A DNA stretch of 64,000 bases from Octopus vulgaris. Its lineage: Eukaryota. The notes under the pieces are model-generated. The model was given only the letters and a program-made list of their open reading frames with translations. It ran no database searches and was not told the DNA's origin. A program made the position numbers and the translations under genes. Positions within the stretch are counted from its first letter, which is position 1. Every line of letters begins with the position of its first letter. The stretch lies in the NCBI GenBank assembly GCA_951406725.2, contig OX597816.1:52700001-52764000 (forward strand), in the 5' to 3' direction. Positions 51,411-64,000 of this stretch are shown one piece after another.

Positions 51411-52329
51411 TCCGCCAAAATTTATTTATCATACCTTATAACTTAGCATAACAATCTTACTTTTTAATACTGAGCAGGAAGTTGATTCAAGTATGTGGGG
51501 GAACCTGATAAGCATTAGTAAGCTTATGCATTGGGTTATGGGTATAAGCTGTAGGTAGCAAACTAGCCTATACATTTTTCAACTACAACTACTATGGCTA
51601 TTTTGAAATTGCCATATGTGATTAACCCTTAAACTTGCGAGTCATTTTACCATAGTGTGTAATTAGCCATCTAATTAAAATGATAAAAACCACTCTGAAA
51701 GACTAGCTAGATTGTGCTACATTATTTTTTTTTAAATCAACAAGATTTATAGCTACGTGCTACGTGACTATTTCCATTAGCTATGTTATCTTAAAACATG
51801 CCAGATCTAACAAGAAATTATCTAAATTAGCAATCCTGGTTGGAAGGGTGAACTAATTTAAATGTTTTCATAAGAAAGAGAGTAGCAGGCAGAATGTCAA
51901 TACAGTGTGCACACACAATGTCAACATGCAAATTAACTGAATGACTGAATGAACAAACTAATACTCATGAACACGTTATCAAGTGGCACTGCAGTAATTA
52001 AACTTTTAAAGCAATCATTATGAATGTTTACTAGTTATTTTGCATAATTAATGATTAAGATTTTATTTTTATAATTTAAAAAAAAAAAAACTATCATTAA
52101 AGCTTGGCATTATTAAGTGAGAGATCATTAAGAGAGGGGTTACTGCATAACCCTGCAGCTTATTCTATGATTTATCTAGTGTTTTGCTATTTAAATCCCA
52201 AATGTATTATCCTATGTTATCCTTCCTTAACAAAACCTACTTTTGCATATCTTCTACCTCAAATGTCTACCACCTTCATTTCATACAGCATTGAACAGCA
52301 CACACCACCATTTTTTAAATGTTGATTTT

Positions 52330-52532
52330 GTGGCTGGTATATTGGGTGTAATTTAGCCTGGGTTAAAATCTTCTTTAAGAATTTTGGTTGCTATTTGTTT
52401 TTTATGATGGTGTATGTTTGGCGGATTCGGTTCATCTTTGGGTCTCCCTTGAGTAGGGCTGTGCTTTGGAGTATGGTGTTGAAGGCCTCATCGTTAAGTG
52501 GGTTGTGTGTAGAGATGTAGGGTAGGGTTTTT
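52330..52532 (-). mobile_element. Penelope-like element ORF fragment (linker between RT and GIY-YIG)
   Basis: The reverse complement translates TLPYISTHNPLNDEAFNTILQSTALLKGDPKM...KNK*QPKFLKKILTQAKL, matching the P.V.TYNP...RQP.NLK..L motif. Confidence 0.7.
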
Positions 52533-53945
52533 AATTTTTAAGCACTCTATTCTTTCTAAGATTCAGGCCTGGTTTTTGGTTTGTGGATATCTTCCTCCCC
52601 CATCTTCCTTCCACTAATCTTAGAAAATCTTTAAAAGATCTTGTATAATGCTCTTACCTCCTCACCGAGAGATAAAAAAAATGTTTGAAATAATCCCACA
52701 AACTACTTAACTAAAATATAATACAGTTCTGTTTCAAGAAAGTTTTAACTTTGATCAATCTGGCAGCTGACCATGTCTGATAGACTTAAATAATATCTGT
52801 GGTTGGGACCAAACTTTCAAGTACAAATAGTTTGATGTATTTACTATTTAGCCACTAAAATAAATAATTACTCCTGAAAGATAAAGATATATCAGAAACA
52901 TTTAACGAAAAGTAAATCTATTTTGAAAGAATAAATATCTAAATGTGACAATAAAATGATAGACAATCACTAAGTTAAAAGCTTATGACAGTTGATATTG
53001 AAGAAACGTTGTTGATAATGAAAACAATGATGTTGAGAACATTGATTCACCATGATGGTTACTATGGTGATGACTGTGATTACAATGATGATGTCCACTA
53101 CTCTATTGAAACTAGAAGGTTTCCAATCAGCTAAGACAAAAGATTCAATCAACAGAATGTTGAAAAGCAATTATTGATGGAAATATATTTCCAAATTAGA
53201 TCTCACTCACCATCTTCTTAGATATTATCAGCATCAACATCCTCATCTACAATAGCATTTTAATCAATATCAACATTATCAATATCATCAACAACAATAA
53301 GAACAACTTATTCACTGATTTGATGTTGTTTTAGAAAATACCAAATCACTTTGAGAATATTTTCTATGTACAGATTTATTCAGTTCATATGAAGTTAAGT
53401 AATTGCCTACTTGACATAAATGAAAATAGTTCCAAAGACCTCCTAAGATTCTTTGACAGCTAGCTGGTAATAGTAAGATTTAACCTATGTTAAGTTAGCT
53501 TACTGAAATAAAGGGTTTCATAAAATGGTAACTGAGAAAAGAAACTAAATAGAAAAAAAGAAATGATGAACTCAAGTAGCGTTCAAAGCAATATAAAAAG
53601 ACATAAAAGAAAAAAAAATTTTTACCAAGTTTTTATCGATAATGGACATTTGATTATAAAAAGAAATAATTAAATTTGTTCATATATATATCATCAACGT
53701 CATTTTAATATTCACTATTCTCTGCTCGCATGGGTCAGGTAGAATTTATTGAGGAAGATTTTCTATGGTCATACCCTTCCTTTCACCAACCCTCATCTGT
53801 TTTCAAGTAAGATATTCCCCCATGGCCTGACATGTTTTCACAAAATATCTGAAAATTATAGACATCACTTGTATAATAGTAACACTCATTTACAACTGTT
53901 ACCCTACGTTATAATGTCACACATATATACATATACATATATATA

Positions 53946-54275
53946 TTGGGTAAGTGTCTTCTACTATAGCTTCGGGCCGACCAAAGCCTTGTGAGTGCAT
54001 TTGGTAGACAGAAACTGAAAGAAGACCGTCATGTATATATATATATGTATATATTTGTGTTTGTGTCATTGTTTGACCCTCCTCCCCGCCATTGCTTGAC
54101 AACTGATGTTGGTGTGCATATGTCCTTGTAACTTTGCAGTTCAGCAAAAGAGACCCATAGCATAAGTACTAGGCTTACAAAGAATAAGTCCTGAGGTCAA
54201 TTGCTTTGACTGAAAACTTTTTAAGAAGGTGCTCCAGCATGGCCACAGTCAAAATTACTAAAACAAGTTGAAAAA
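53946..54275 (+). mobile_element. SINE family A, 5'-truncated
   Basis: Matches family A from ttgggtaagtgtc onward. Confidence 0.85.
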
Positions 54276-54280
54276 AGAAT

Positions 54281-54337
<57 letters not shown>

Positions 54338-55336
54338 CTCTTGATATCAGACACAAACACCTGACACACATGTCTCCAGGAACTCAGAACTACACTCATA
54401 AACAGGAATTATCCACAACCCCTAATAGGCAATATAATCCAACGAGCACTTAAATTAAATATAGAAGACCTGAGAATTTAGTATTTCTTTAGTGCCTTTC
54501 ACTATGCTTCTGTCACTCACTGCTCAGAATTTTTTATCACAACAGCTTCTTTTGCAATAGGTTTTTCAGTTTCGCAATTCTGAGTTATCCAATATGTCAG
54601 TCTCAATGGTCCAAGTTATGATCTAAATGTCATATCCCACGCCTTGCTTTAGTCTGCCTTAGCTACAGATACTTTCCACCTTGTTATATACATAAATGCA
54701 GATATTATCTATTTGTATAACATGTCAGGAGCAGCGTAGACAACATCTTGCTAGCATATATTAAACTATGAAATTGATTCCTAGTCACATTTTCAACCTG
54801 CTTCCAGCTTGCCTTACTCTTTCATTAATTCTGCACATCTCTTACAATATATACAACTTGTTTGTTTTCCTATAATCTCTATATATCATCTCCAATCACA
54901 ATATATATACCACAGAAATACAACTTTAAACTCCTTACATATATCTCAGAATCAACAAAGTCTCCACGGAAAATGAAAAGAAAAAATTCTGTTCCAAACA
55001 TGGTACAAATTCACACACTATAAGTCTCTTCACACTGTACTGTCACTAGTGCCATCTTCAGTACTAATTATGCCTCCATTAGATAACTTTTGTAATATTA
55101 TCTAACGCATCTGAGTAGATCTATGTAGATCAATGTTTGTTTTCAGTATTTTCATGAACAGTTATCTGAATACACACACACACAGATGATGCAGACATGG
55201 CTTTGTGGTCAAGAGGTTTGTTTTACAACTATGTATAAGTGCTTCCTCAGGTTAATCAATGTCTTGTGAGTGAAACTGATTAATGGAAACTGCATGGAAG
55301 CCAATCTGTATATATTTGGAGGTGATGTACAGGTAT

Positions 55337-55598
55337 TATATATTAGAAAAAATAAGATACTCAGAAATCTGGATTGTTGTACATTTACAGATTTTTATTA
55401 ATATGTCATATGTTTTTATAAATCATATATTAGCGCTTGCATCTACTCCAGTAGAATCTCCAGATTTAAATCTGGAGAGTCTACTAGAGTAGATGCAAGC
55501 GCTAATATATGATTTATAAAAACATGTGACATATTAATAAAAATCTGTAAATGTACAACAATCCAGATTTCTGAGTACCTTATTTTTTCTAATATATA
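55337..55598. repeat. 262-bp spacerless palindrome
   Basis: Centre ccagattt|aaatctgg at 55467/55468. Four mismatched pairs counted by eye. Confidence 0.95.
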
Positions 55599-55608
55599 TA
55601 TATATATA

Positions 55609-55783
55609 GGAAGAATTCACAAAAAACAAAAGATGAAGACAGGTGGTGTAGACAACAAACAGATGTATTAGTTTAACACTCAGGAAGTGAAAAAAGTCTT
55701 TCATGTTTCGAGCCTACACTCTTCCACAGAAAGGAACACAAAAAGAAACAAGGAGAGAAAATAAAGAATGTGTAGTGGCTAGC
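55609..55783 (-). mobile_element. Penelope pseudo-LTR-like repeat (same family as 24829)
   Basis: Reverse complement reads cttt CTGTGGA a gagt gtag gctc GAAA catg aaag. Confidence 0.7.
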
Positions 55784-56144
55784 GATCTATCATGGTGAAT
55801 GCCAGACAGAAGGGTCACACAGGAGAGCTAGGAAGAAGGGGAGATAATAAAGTAGTGGTGATCCCATCTGTGTGTATGTGGAATTTATGTACTTCTTAAA
55901 AAGATCATCCAAGAGAAGGAAAATGGCTGTGTCATGTTTATATCTCCATTGAACACTATGACCAACAAGTCTACACTCTCGAAAAAGTAGAATGAAAATA
56001 GAAATCCCTTACTTGTAAAATAGGCAAAGGTTGACAACATGAAGAACATTTGGCCAAAAGAATATCGCCTAAAATGAGTAGCCATTCAGCCTATACCAGT
56101 ATAGAAAAAGTGAATGAACAACCAAATGAACGTGTGGTGGGGTG

Positions 56145-56363
56145 TAATTGATGAGGGAACCAGAAAATGGATTTGGTACAAATCTTTATTCAACATGACA
56201 ATCGCTTTGACCCATTCTAGAGTTGTCCCTTATATGTAGGATATTGTGCATCTCGTTATGTTGGATCAATCACCATAAGGGACAGCTGTAGGATGGGTTG
56301 AAATGATTGTTGTGTTGAATAAAAGCTCATACCAAATCCATCTTCTGTTTCCTTCATCGATTA
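56145..56363. repeat. Older imperfect palindrome with arms of about 88 bp
   Basis: atggatttggta...tattcaaca...tgtccctta pairs with taagggaca...tgttgaata...taccaaatccat. Confidence 0.75.
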
Positions 56364-56503
56364 TAAGCCAAAGGAACACTGCAGAATTCCTGACATAAAT
56401 CCAGTGAAAATTATACCATTAACTGAGGATGACATCAGCTATCCCAAACAGAGAATGTGCTTCAATCAGCATACTAATAGACATATACCCAAAGTTCAAA
56501 TAA

Positions 56504-57020
56504 TCTATATATATAAAACTGTAGTTGTGTGAGTGTCTGTCTCCTACGATTTAGATTCCTAACTCCTCCGACATTTTGCGGTGCAGTTTAACCAAATTCG
56601 GGTATCTTATAGTCGTGATTAATATCGAGCCCGTCTGACTATTAGCGCACGTCTACGATGAGTCTACGATTTTAAAAATAATTTAACATCATTTTTTATT
56701 CCATTTTAATGCATAATTTTTCGTGTGTCGATGGCGGTGGAGTTGGCGTCCACGCTCAAACACCTGCACCTGTGTTTGCTTCTCCCCCTTCTTCCCTCCC
56801 TCGTGAAGCTGTGGGGAAGGGAGTTTAAGGAAATCAACGTCGTAATGCGTTGTCAAGGAGACCAGCGTTCTTTTAGAACAACGACTTCATGGCTTGAAGA
56901 CACCAAAACAGAAATGGCTAAGAAAGCCCGAATTGGCATCTATAAAGGAAGTAACTCTCTAAAAATGCTTATATAGTTATTTCCCTTACAAACCCGAGCA
57001 ACGCCGGGCGATACTGCTAG
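56504..57020 (+). mobile_element. Non-autonomous Helitron
   Basis: A|TCTATATATATAAAA ... CCCGAGCAACGCCGGGCGATACTGCTAG|T. Confidence 0.87.
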
Positions 57021-57032
57021 TTACTTATATAA

Positions 57033-57077
<45 letters not shown>

Positions 57078-58719
57078 TACATATATATATGTATGTATGT
57101 ATGTATGTATATATGTATTTGTGAATTTAATTCTTTCAAGGGGAAAAAATTTAAGTTACTCCTCTTCATTACAACTTTCTTCTGTGTTCATTGCTCAAAG
57201 GTAGCTTTCTTCCAAATTTGCCATTTTTTGTCAGGGGTGAGAGTGTGGTTTTAGATGTTCAGAATAGTTAATAGTCAACTTCAGTTTGTCCTGATGGTTT
57301 TTGGGTCAATTTGATCCAGGTATTTTTTTTTCCCCGTGCTCTTTTGTCTACTTCCCATTCTTGTGTCAAGAATTGTGCAAGTAGTTTGTATGAGCATTCT
57401 AGTTTAATTAATGCTTCTTTATTACATCAGAAATAGTAAGCTAGAAGAAACTAGTTTGTCAAATATGACCATTTCATATAAGTAGTTGTGCTATGATACT
57501 CCAAGGATTCAGCAAAGCATTTCATATGAAAGAACTCCAGTATGTTGAAATTGCTTTTGAGCAACATTCAGGATTTGGTATCATATAAAGCAACATAAGG
57601 AATAAATGTTGATTCTGGTATGTAAAATGATGTTCTGTTATTTTTAAACAAGCCTGTTAAAGGAACCAAATGCTGAGGATGTCATATAATGATGCAATCT
57701 TTTTCTTTCATATTAGATGATACAAAGTATTTAAAACTAGTAGTTTATTTCAGTTTTAGTTCATCTAATCTAAAATACTACAACTAATCTGTATTTGATT
57801 TTATCATCATAAGTAAAACACAATTTTAGGATATTTTCAAAGACTTAAAAGAATTTTTCCTTTTGTATCAGCAAGACTTGCACTGCCAATATGAGATTGC
57901 TGATATCTATTCTGGCAAAACTGCATTCACCATTGTGATTTTGGTACTTCTTTCATCCTTGCATTGATGGCTACATCGAATAACAGAGATGAGGAGATGT
58001 AGCCTTTTCTAATGCCTGCTCAATAAGGAAAATATCCAATAATGACTAACAACAATACTGATAACCTATAAAGAATCATAATGTAATGTAAACTCTGATA
58101 GAAACGCACATTGGGACCTAGGAAACTGCAACCAACAAAATGAATCATGGAATTCTTTTTGTGCCTTTGAATCTTTGCAGGGTTTCCAAGACTAAGGGGA
58201 AACCAAGGACTTGACCTAAAAACTTGCAACAAAGTGGGCCCTGCTAAAGTCTCCCAAGGGTGCCAAGCAGTGGTGTTGAACAGGGTCGCATATTATGTCT
58301 ACCACCCAAGTAGTTCGATCTGAGTTCAAATCTTCAAACTGTGTGGTCTGGCATTCTTACAGTTCAAATTAATTCACCACTCTAGTCTAAAACTTTTCTC
58401 ATCTTTCCTAAAAGAATGAAGGGCTTATTTTACTTTGATGGGATTTGAACTCAAAGCACAGAAAGTCAAAACAAACACAGCAAGGCATTCTGTCCACTAC
58501 TCAAATACTTCTGACAACTTCTTCATATTCTAAATGATTCTGGTGGCAAATTCCCACGTAATAAATATTACACATACAGAAAAGTTCACTGGCATCCTGA
58601 CCATTTTAACAACAATAAATTTCTAAGAAATAGACGGAATATTTAAAATTTTTATACAATAATGATTCTCCAACTGAGACACCATCTGCAAAACTGTTAA
58701 ATATTCCAGTGATTAATCA

Positions 58720-58925
58720 TTCTTGTGAACCACCTTCTATGAAGAAAATTAAAATGCTAGAATTGATGAATTTTTAAATGGTAACACTACAGGTGTTGAT
58801 AAAACAACATCTAAAATGCTTAAAGGTGGTGGTAATATATTGTTCTCTGAATGGCCATAACTACATCTTGCTTGAACTAAAGGGAAACATTATTGACTGG
58901 AGGAAGAATTCCATCATTATTCAAG
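58720..58925 (+). mobile_element. Very decayed LINE RT N-terminal remnant (RTE-like)
   Basis: LNGNTTGVDKTTSKMLKGGG resembles KNGKA.G.D.I..EMLK.GG. Confidence 0.4.
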
Positions 58926-59591
58926 CATTATAACAATGACTTTAACATACTTGCTGTTTAACTCCAGGTTAGCCAGAACAGAGCAGACCTATAGTTACAA
59001 GCAAATGAGCCATGAGCGTCTGCCCTCTAAATACTATAGTTATCTGGCATTCTGTTGGTTACGAGGATGAGGGATCCAGTTGAACTGATCAATGGAACAG
59101 CCTGTTCATGAAATTAATGTGCAAGTGATTGAGCTATCCACAGACATGCATAGCTTCTGCACTATGGGATGCAGATGAAAAGTTGACATTGCAGAAGTGG
59201 GGAGACAATTTTGACACCAGTGATGATGAAGAATCTGATTGATAATTTCATAATTGAAGGAGTTACCTTTATATTGTTTATTGGTGCAGTCTGTGTGAAA
59301 AATATTGACAGCTGTAGCAGTAGTAAAAGACAGCTGCTCTTAAGTTAGGGAAGATAGCAGAAAGAGCATCTTGCTGGTTCAGAAATAACTGAGAGTAGTT
59401 GAGGTGAGATCATCACTGCCAACCCAACTACTGGAGGAATCTGTATATAGGGTCAAAAGCCTTGAGAAAAGTTAGCTACCACTTATATATAACATTAATA
59501 GTATGTAACATTAATAGTTTGTATGTAAGATTAATAGTACCATATGAGGACACCCAAACAGTGACTGTTTCTAAAGAACTAAAAATCCAAA

Positions 59592-59807
59592 AGGCAGCGA
59601 CCTGGCAGAATCGTTAGCATGCCGGGCGAAATGCCTAGCAGTATTTTGTCTGACGTTACGTTCTGAGTTCAAATTCCGCTGAGGTGGACTTTGCCTTTCA
59701 TCCTTTCGGGGTCGATTAAATAAGTACCAATTATGTACTGGGGTCGATATAATCAACTTAATCCATTTGTCTGTCCTTGTTTGTCCTTGTGGGTAGTAAA
59801 GAAATAG
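59592..59807 (+). mobile_element. SINE family B with a TSD of about 15 bp
   Basis: gaact(a/g)aaaatccaa occurs on both sides. Confidence 0.88.
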
Positions 59808-60348
59808 GAACTGAAAATCCAACATTACTTTAAAAAAGATACTTGGAAAAATGTTAAGATTAGCTAAGCAAAAAAAAAAAAATGCAATTATGAACAAAAT
59901 GTGTAAGCAATGACAGGCAAGATAATAATATTATACAACATCAGGTTAAGCTATATATCAAATTGAAAGAGGATAATGTAATTGACTAAAAAGAAAACTA
60001 TTTGGTAATTGCTACCTTACTGAGAGTTTCAGGGATATTCAGCATGACACAGAATGTGACAAGGCTGGCCCCTTTAAATTACAAATACTACTAATTTTTG
60101 GCAACTGAGTGAACTGGTGCAATATGAAATAAAGAGTGTTGCTCAAGGACACAACGCACTACCAGTAATCACTCCAAGAGCCAAATCCCCATAACCACAA
60201 AACCATGCACCATCACCAATATTTATCTAGAAATACAATATTCATTGTGTCCCTCCCTTTTCAGAAGATGACAGGCTCTAACTCAAAGCCTGCCATTTTC
60301 AGATCAGCCAATCACATGGAGAGTTCTTTGTTGGCTAAGGGTCATGCG

Positions 60349-60758
60349 TACTCTTTTGCTTGTTTCAGTCATTTGACTGCAGCCATGCTGGTGCACCACT
60401 TTTAGTCGAATCAAATCGACCTCAGCACTTATTCTTTGTAAGCCCAGTACTTATTCTATTGGTCTCTTTTGCCGAACCACTAAGTTACAGGGACGTAAAC
60501 ACACTTGCATCGGTTGTCAAGCGATGTTGGGGAGACAAACACGGACACACAAACACACACACACACACACATACACATATATATATAGATATACACGATG
60601 GGCTTCTTTCAGTTTCCGTCTACCAAATCCATTCACAAGGCTTTTGTTGGCCTGAGGCTATATCAGAAAACATTTGCCCAAGGTGCCATGCAGTAGGACT
60701 GAACCCGGAACCATGTGGTTCATAAGCAAGCTACTTAGCACACAGCCACTCCTACGCC
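60349..60758 (-). mobile_element. SINE family A
   Basis: Reverse complement of family A. Confidence 0.9.
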
Positions 60759-61440
60759 TATGTAAAAATGAACACCCTTAATCAATTTCCAAAACTTATC
60801 GGGTTCTTATCAAAGGCATCCACATCATTCTGACAGCTTGTAAAACTTACTGGAAGATAAATTTAAGGTCAGCTGCTGGTAAGGATTTTATGCTTTTCCA
60901 CCAAATATACTGAAAACATGAAAATAATTACCTAAAGAGATAGGCTTCCACACGAATTATGGTTATTATAATCAAATTATTAACAACTTATGGAAGAGAG
61001 TAATCAAAGTTGCTAGTGTTTAATTATTGTGTTCCTAGATGTTAAAGTTGAATTTCCTACTGTAACTACAGAAACACCCTGAAAATACCTTGGAGCTAAA
61101 TGTATGCAAACAAAATTATCTGTTAGCTACAGCAAGTGCTTGAGAGATCAACAAGTGCTTTCAAAATTAAAGATTAAATATTTATTGATTTTTTCCTCGA
61201 TTCAAATAGGCATAAGACATGGTTGTATCCTCCCAAATCTCTCACTCTCTCTCTTTCTCTCTCTCTCTCACACACACACACACAGGTATGTAACTAGTTT
61301 GTATTAATACTTATAACCACTATCAACAAAAGGACCGAAAACATGGAAAGCACCACGAATAAATTGTATAAATTTAGTAATTAGCGACAAACTTCGATGC
61401 TTTCCTTTTTTGATTGTGTATGTGTGTGCATGTATGAGAA

Positions 61441-61474
<34 letters not shown>

Positions 61475-62049
61475 GTTGATGCATAAGTCACACTTTTTGT
61501 ACACAACTTCAATGACTAACAAATCTTATAAGAAGAAATTTCATCTCTATCACAACCAGCCACTGGGTTGAATGACATAAGTTCATATCTCATATGGGCA
61601 CAGCCATCTTGAATAAATTACCTTACTTTCTGAATTATGAAAACTAAGCCATGGAAAATATTGTACATCTGGTCTTTTGAGCTCGCTGACAGGAAACATG
61701 TTAGAAAAGATTTTCGAATCTAAATTGATACAATAAAGTGCAAATGATAAGTCCAACAAAGATAAACTGACAGAAATTGCAGTGAAAGGTGCAAACTTCT
61801 AAAGAAACAGTTAAGTCTTTAAACTGACAGATGAGATGAGAGGCTTGAGTGATATAGTAATATGTATGGGTGGAGATAGATAGTGATGAGACAATCACGA
61901 TGGTTGAGTGGGGGCTTGCAGCAAATTTCAAAGAAACAAATATAGTAAATAAGGGAACATGATGAGGGTGAATGTCAAGAAAGAAGGAAAATTTGTATTA
62001 TGAGGGTTTGTTTGTCAGACCACAAATGTTTTTATTCTTTTCTATGCCA

Positions 62050-62437
62050 GAGTGGCTGTGAGGTAAGTAGCTTGCTTGCCAACCTTATGGTTCTGGGTTC
62101 AGTCCCACTGCATGGCACCTTGGGAAAGTTTCTTCTACTATGGCCTCAGGCTGACCACAGCCTTGTGAGTGGATTTGGAAGATGGAAACTGAAAGAAGCC
62201 CACTGAATATTTATATATACTCTCTTACTCTTTTATTTGTTTCAGTCATTTGACTGTGGTCATGCTGGAGCACCACCTTTAGTTGAACAAATTGACCCCA
62301 GGACTCATTCTTGGTAAGCCTAGTGCTTATTCTATCAGTCTCTTTTGCCAAACCACTAAGTTACTGGGATGTAAACACACTAGCATTGGTCGTCAAGCGA
62401 TGGTGGGGAGACAAACACAGACACACAAACATACACA

Positions 62438-62481
<44 letters not shown>

Positions 62482-62647
62482 CACACACACACACACACAC
62501 ACACATTCAATGGGCTTCTTTCAGTTTCCATCTACCAAATCCACTCACAAGGCTTCGGTCAGCCTGAGGCTATAGTAGAAGACACTTGCCCAAGGTGCTA
62601 TGCAGTGGGACTGAACAAGCTACTTACCACACAGCCACTCCTATGCC
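62050..62647. mobile_element. Tail-to-tail SINE A pair (5' half on +, full copy on -)
   Basis: 62050-62200 is complementary to about 62511-62640. Confidence 0.85.
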
Positions 62648-62744
62648 TAATCAAATGCTGCTAAGTGTTTTACCCAGTATCCTAACAGTTCTGCCAGCTC
62701 AGCACTTTATGAAAGAAGAAAATATTATCTCATGTCAAATATTT

Positions 62745-63290
62745 GTCATGATGACAACTACTAGGATAAAGATAAAATCTTCTTTATACGTTGTTGCTTT
62801 CAAACTTAACATTTTGGAATTTGCAGAAGTTAATGATAACAGAGCTGCTGAGAGGGGTGTTTTCTGTAGCAGAGAATAATGTGAAAGATTGCAGAAATCA
62901 AAAAGAATATTTACTAGTAATGCCAAAGAAAACAGCAAAAAAAAAAAGAAGCCAAGTAGATGGAAGCAGCTTTTTATTCAGAGGTTACAAAAGGAATGGT
63001 TGAACTGAGTCATTAATGAGACGAGAAGTGATTTCATTTTAACTCTGATACAAATAAGTATTGAAGGTTACCAAGATCTCCCAATAACATCATTTAAAGG
63101 TTCTAAAGAAGTGACTCATCACTTTATGGTGAAAAATGTTTTTAGTGTATGACAGAAAGCCAAGATGTTCCCAAAACTATCACATGACTTACAACATACA
63201 ATAAATTTGCGTTACTCTTTTTTTGAGGCAAAAGAAAAAGCAGTGGGAATTTATCTCGGTTAGATTGGTAATATGGATGAAAATTCAAGG
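62745..63290 (+). pseudogene. Decayed pogo-family transposase N-terminus (Brinker-type DBD, HTH, start of DDE)
   Basis: YVVAFKLNILEFAEVNDNRAAER / FSVAENNVKDCRNQKEYL resembles Y.A.FKL.V..FAE..GNRAA.R.F.V.E..VR.WR. Ends IGNMDE. Confidence 0.75.
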
Positions 63291-63444
63291 GGTTTTTTTT
63301 TTTGGCTTTTTTCCAATCTACCTAGAAAATATACACTTGTTGTCAAAGAAAACCTATTCACTGAGGAGCAAAGAATAGGAACATATACATTTTGCAGAGA
63401 TATTTCAGTGTGTACAGCAGATAGATAAAAAAAAAAGGTATGGT

Positions 63445-63690
63445 AAAGTTAACTTCTTGAGTTATAGTGACTCATAAGGGCCAGTTTCCCAGTTTCCGTG
63501 GTGTATATATTCCCCCACTAGGATGGGATGCTGGTTGCAGAGTTACTCATTTTTGCCAGCAGAATGGACTGGAGCAACGTGAAATGAAGTGTTTTGCTCA
63601 AGAGTACAATGCATCACCTGGTCCAGAAATCAAAATCACAATCTCACGATTATAAGTCCAACACCCCAACCACTAAGCCATGTACCTCCT
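63445..63690 (-). mobile_element. Older D-related SINE
   Basis: gactggagcaacgtgaaatgaagtgttttgctcaag...accactaagccatg is shared with 36815-37149. Confidence 0.7.
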
Positions 63691-63719
63691 CCACTTACAG
63701 TAGATGACATTAAGCTTAA

Positions 63720-63939
63720 TCCTTTCATTACCAACCCAGCTGAAACCAGCTCCGGCTCTGAGTACAAATGTCTTGTTTCCATAAGTTTTGAATTAAAATC
63801 TTCCACCAAACGTTAGTCACAATTTATGTTCCTAACACTAGCTTAATGATAACTAAGTTATTTTACTAAATTCTTTGTTATATTTATAGTAATTGAAAGA
63901 AACACAGAGCATCTCAAAAGAAATACAGTAACAAAAGGG
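63720..63939. mobile_element. piggyBac-like MITE
   Basis: TTAA|tcctttcattac ... gtaacaaaaggg|TTAA. Related decayed copies at about 12687 and 41435. Confidence 0.8.
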
Positions 63940-64000
63940 TTAAACCAATGTGATGATGTTTAAGAGGAATGAATTACTAGAGGGGCAGAATAAAAAAGAT

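Overview
AT-rich, microsatellite-dense eukaryotic DNA with no recognisable intact protein-coding gene, so it is intronic or intergenic. The tRNA-derived SINE families and repeat make-up look like an octopus (coleoid cephalopod) genome; this is inference from recognition, not a search. Almost all interpretable sequence is mobile-element derived. SINEs: dozens of copies from about four families. LINE fragments: RTE, CR1/L2-like, R4/Dong-like, HERO-like and Penelope. DNA transposons: decayed mariner, Tigger and pogo transposases, TA- and TTAA-flanked MITEs, and three non-autonomous Helitrons. There is also a young non-coding LTR element with a perfect tRNA-Trp primer-binding site (PBS) and a 100-N gap at 30845-30944. 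Most unusual observations: (1) an LTR+PBS unit at 11641-12586 that ends exactly at PBS base 18 and is capped by an inverted copy of its own 5' end, with a probable 4-bp target duplication (TSD), resembling an integrated fold-back plus-strand strong-stop DNA; (2) many long palindromes, several carrying Penelope-type hammerhead-like cores, including a 262-bp spacerless palindrome; (3) a chimeric 5' LTR with a duplicated PBS; (4) head-to-tail SINE concatemers sharing one junction. All alignments were made by eye, and the ends of old elements are approximate.
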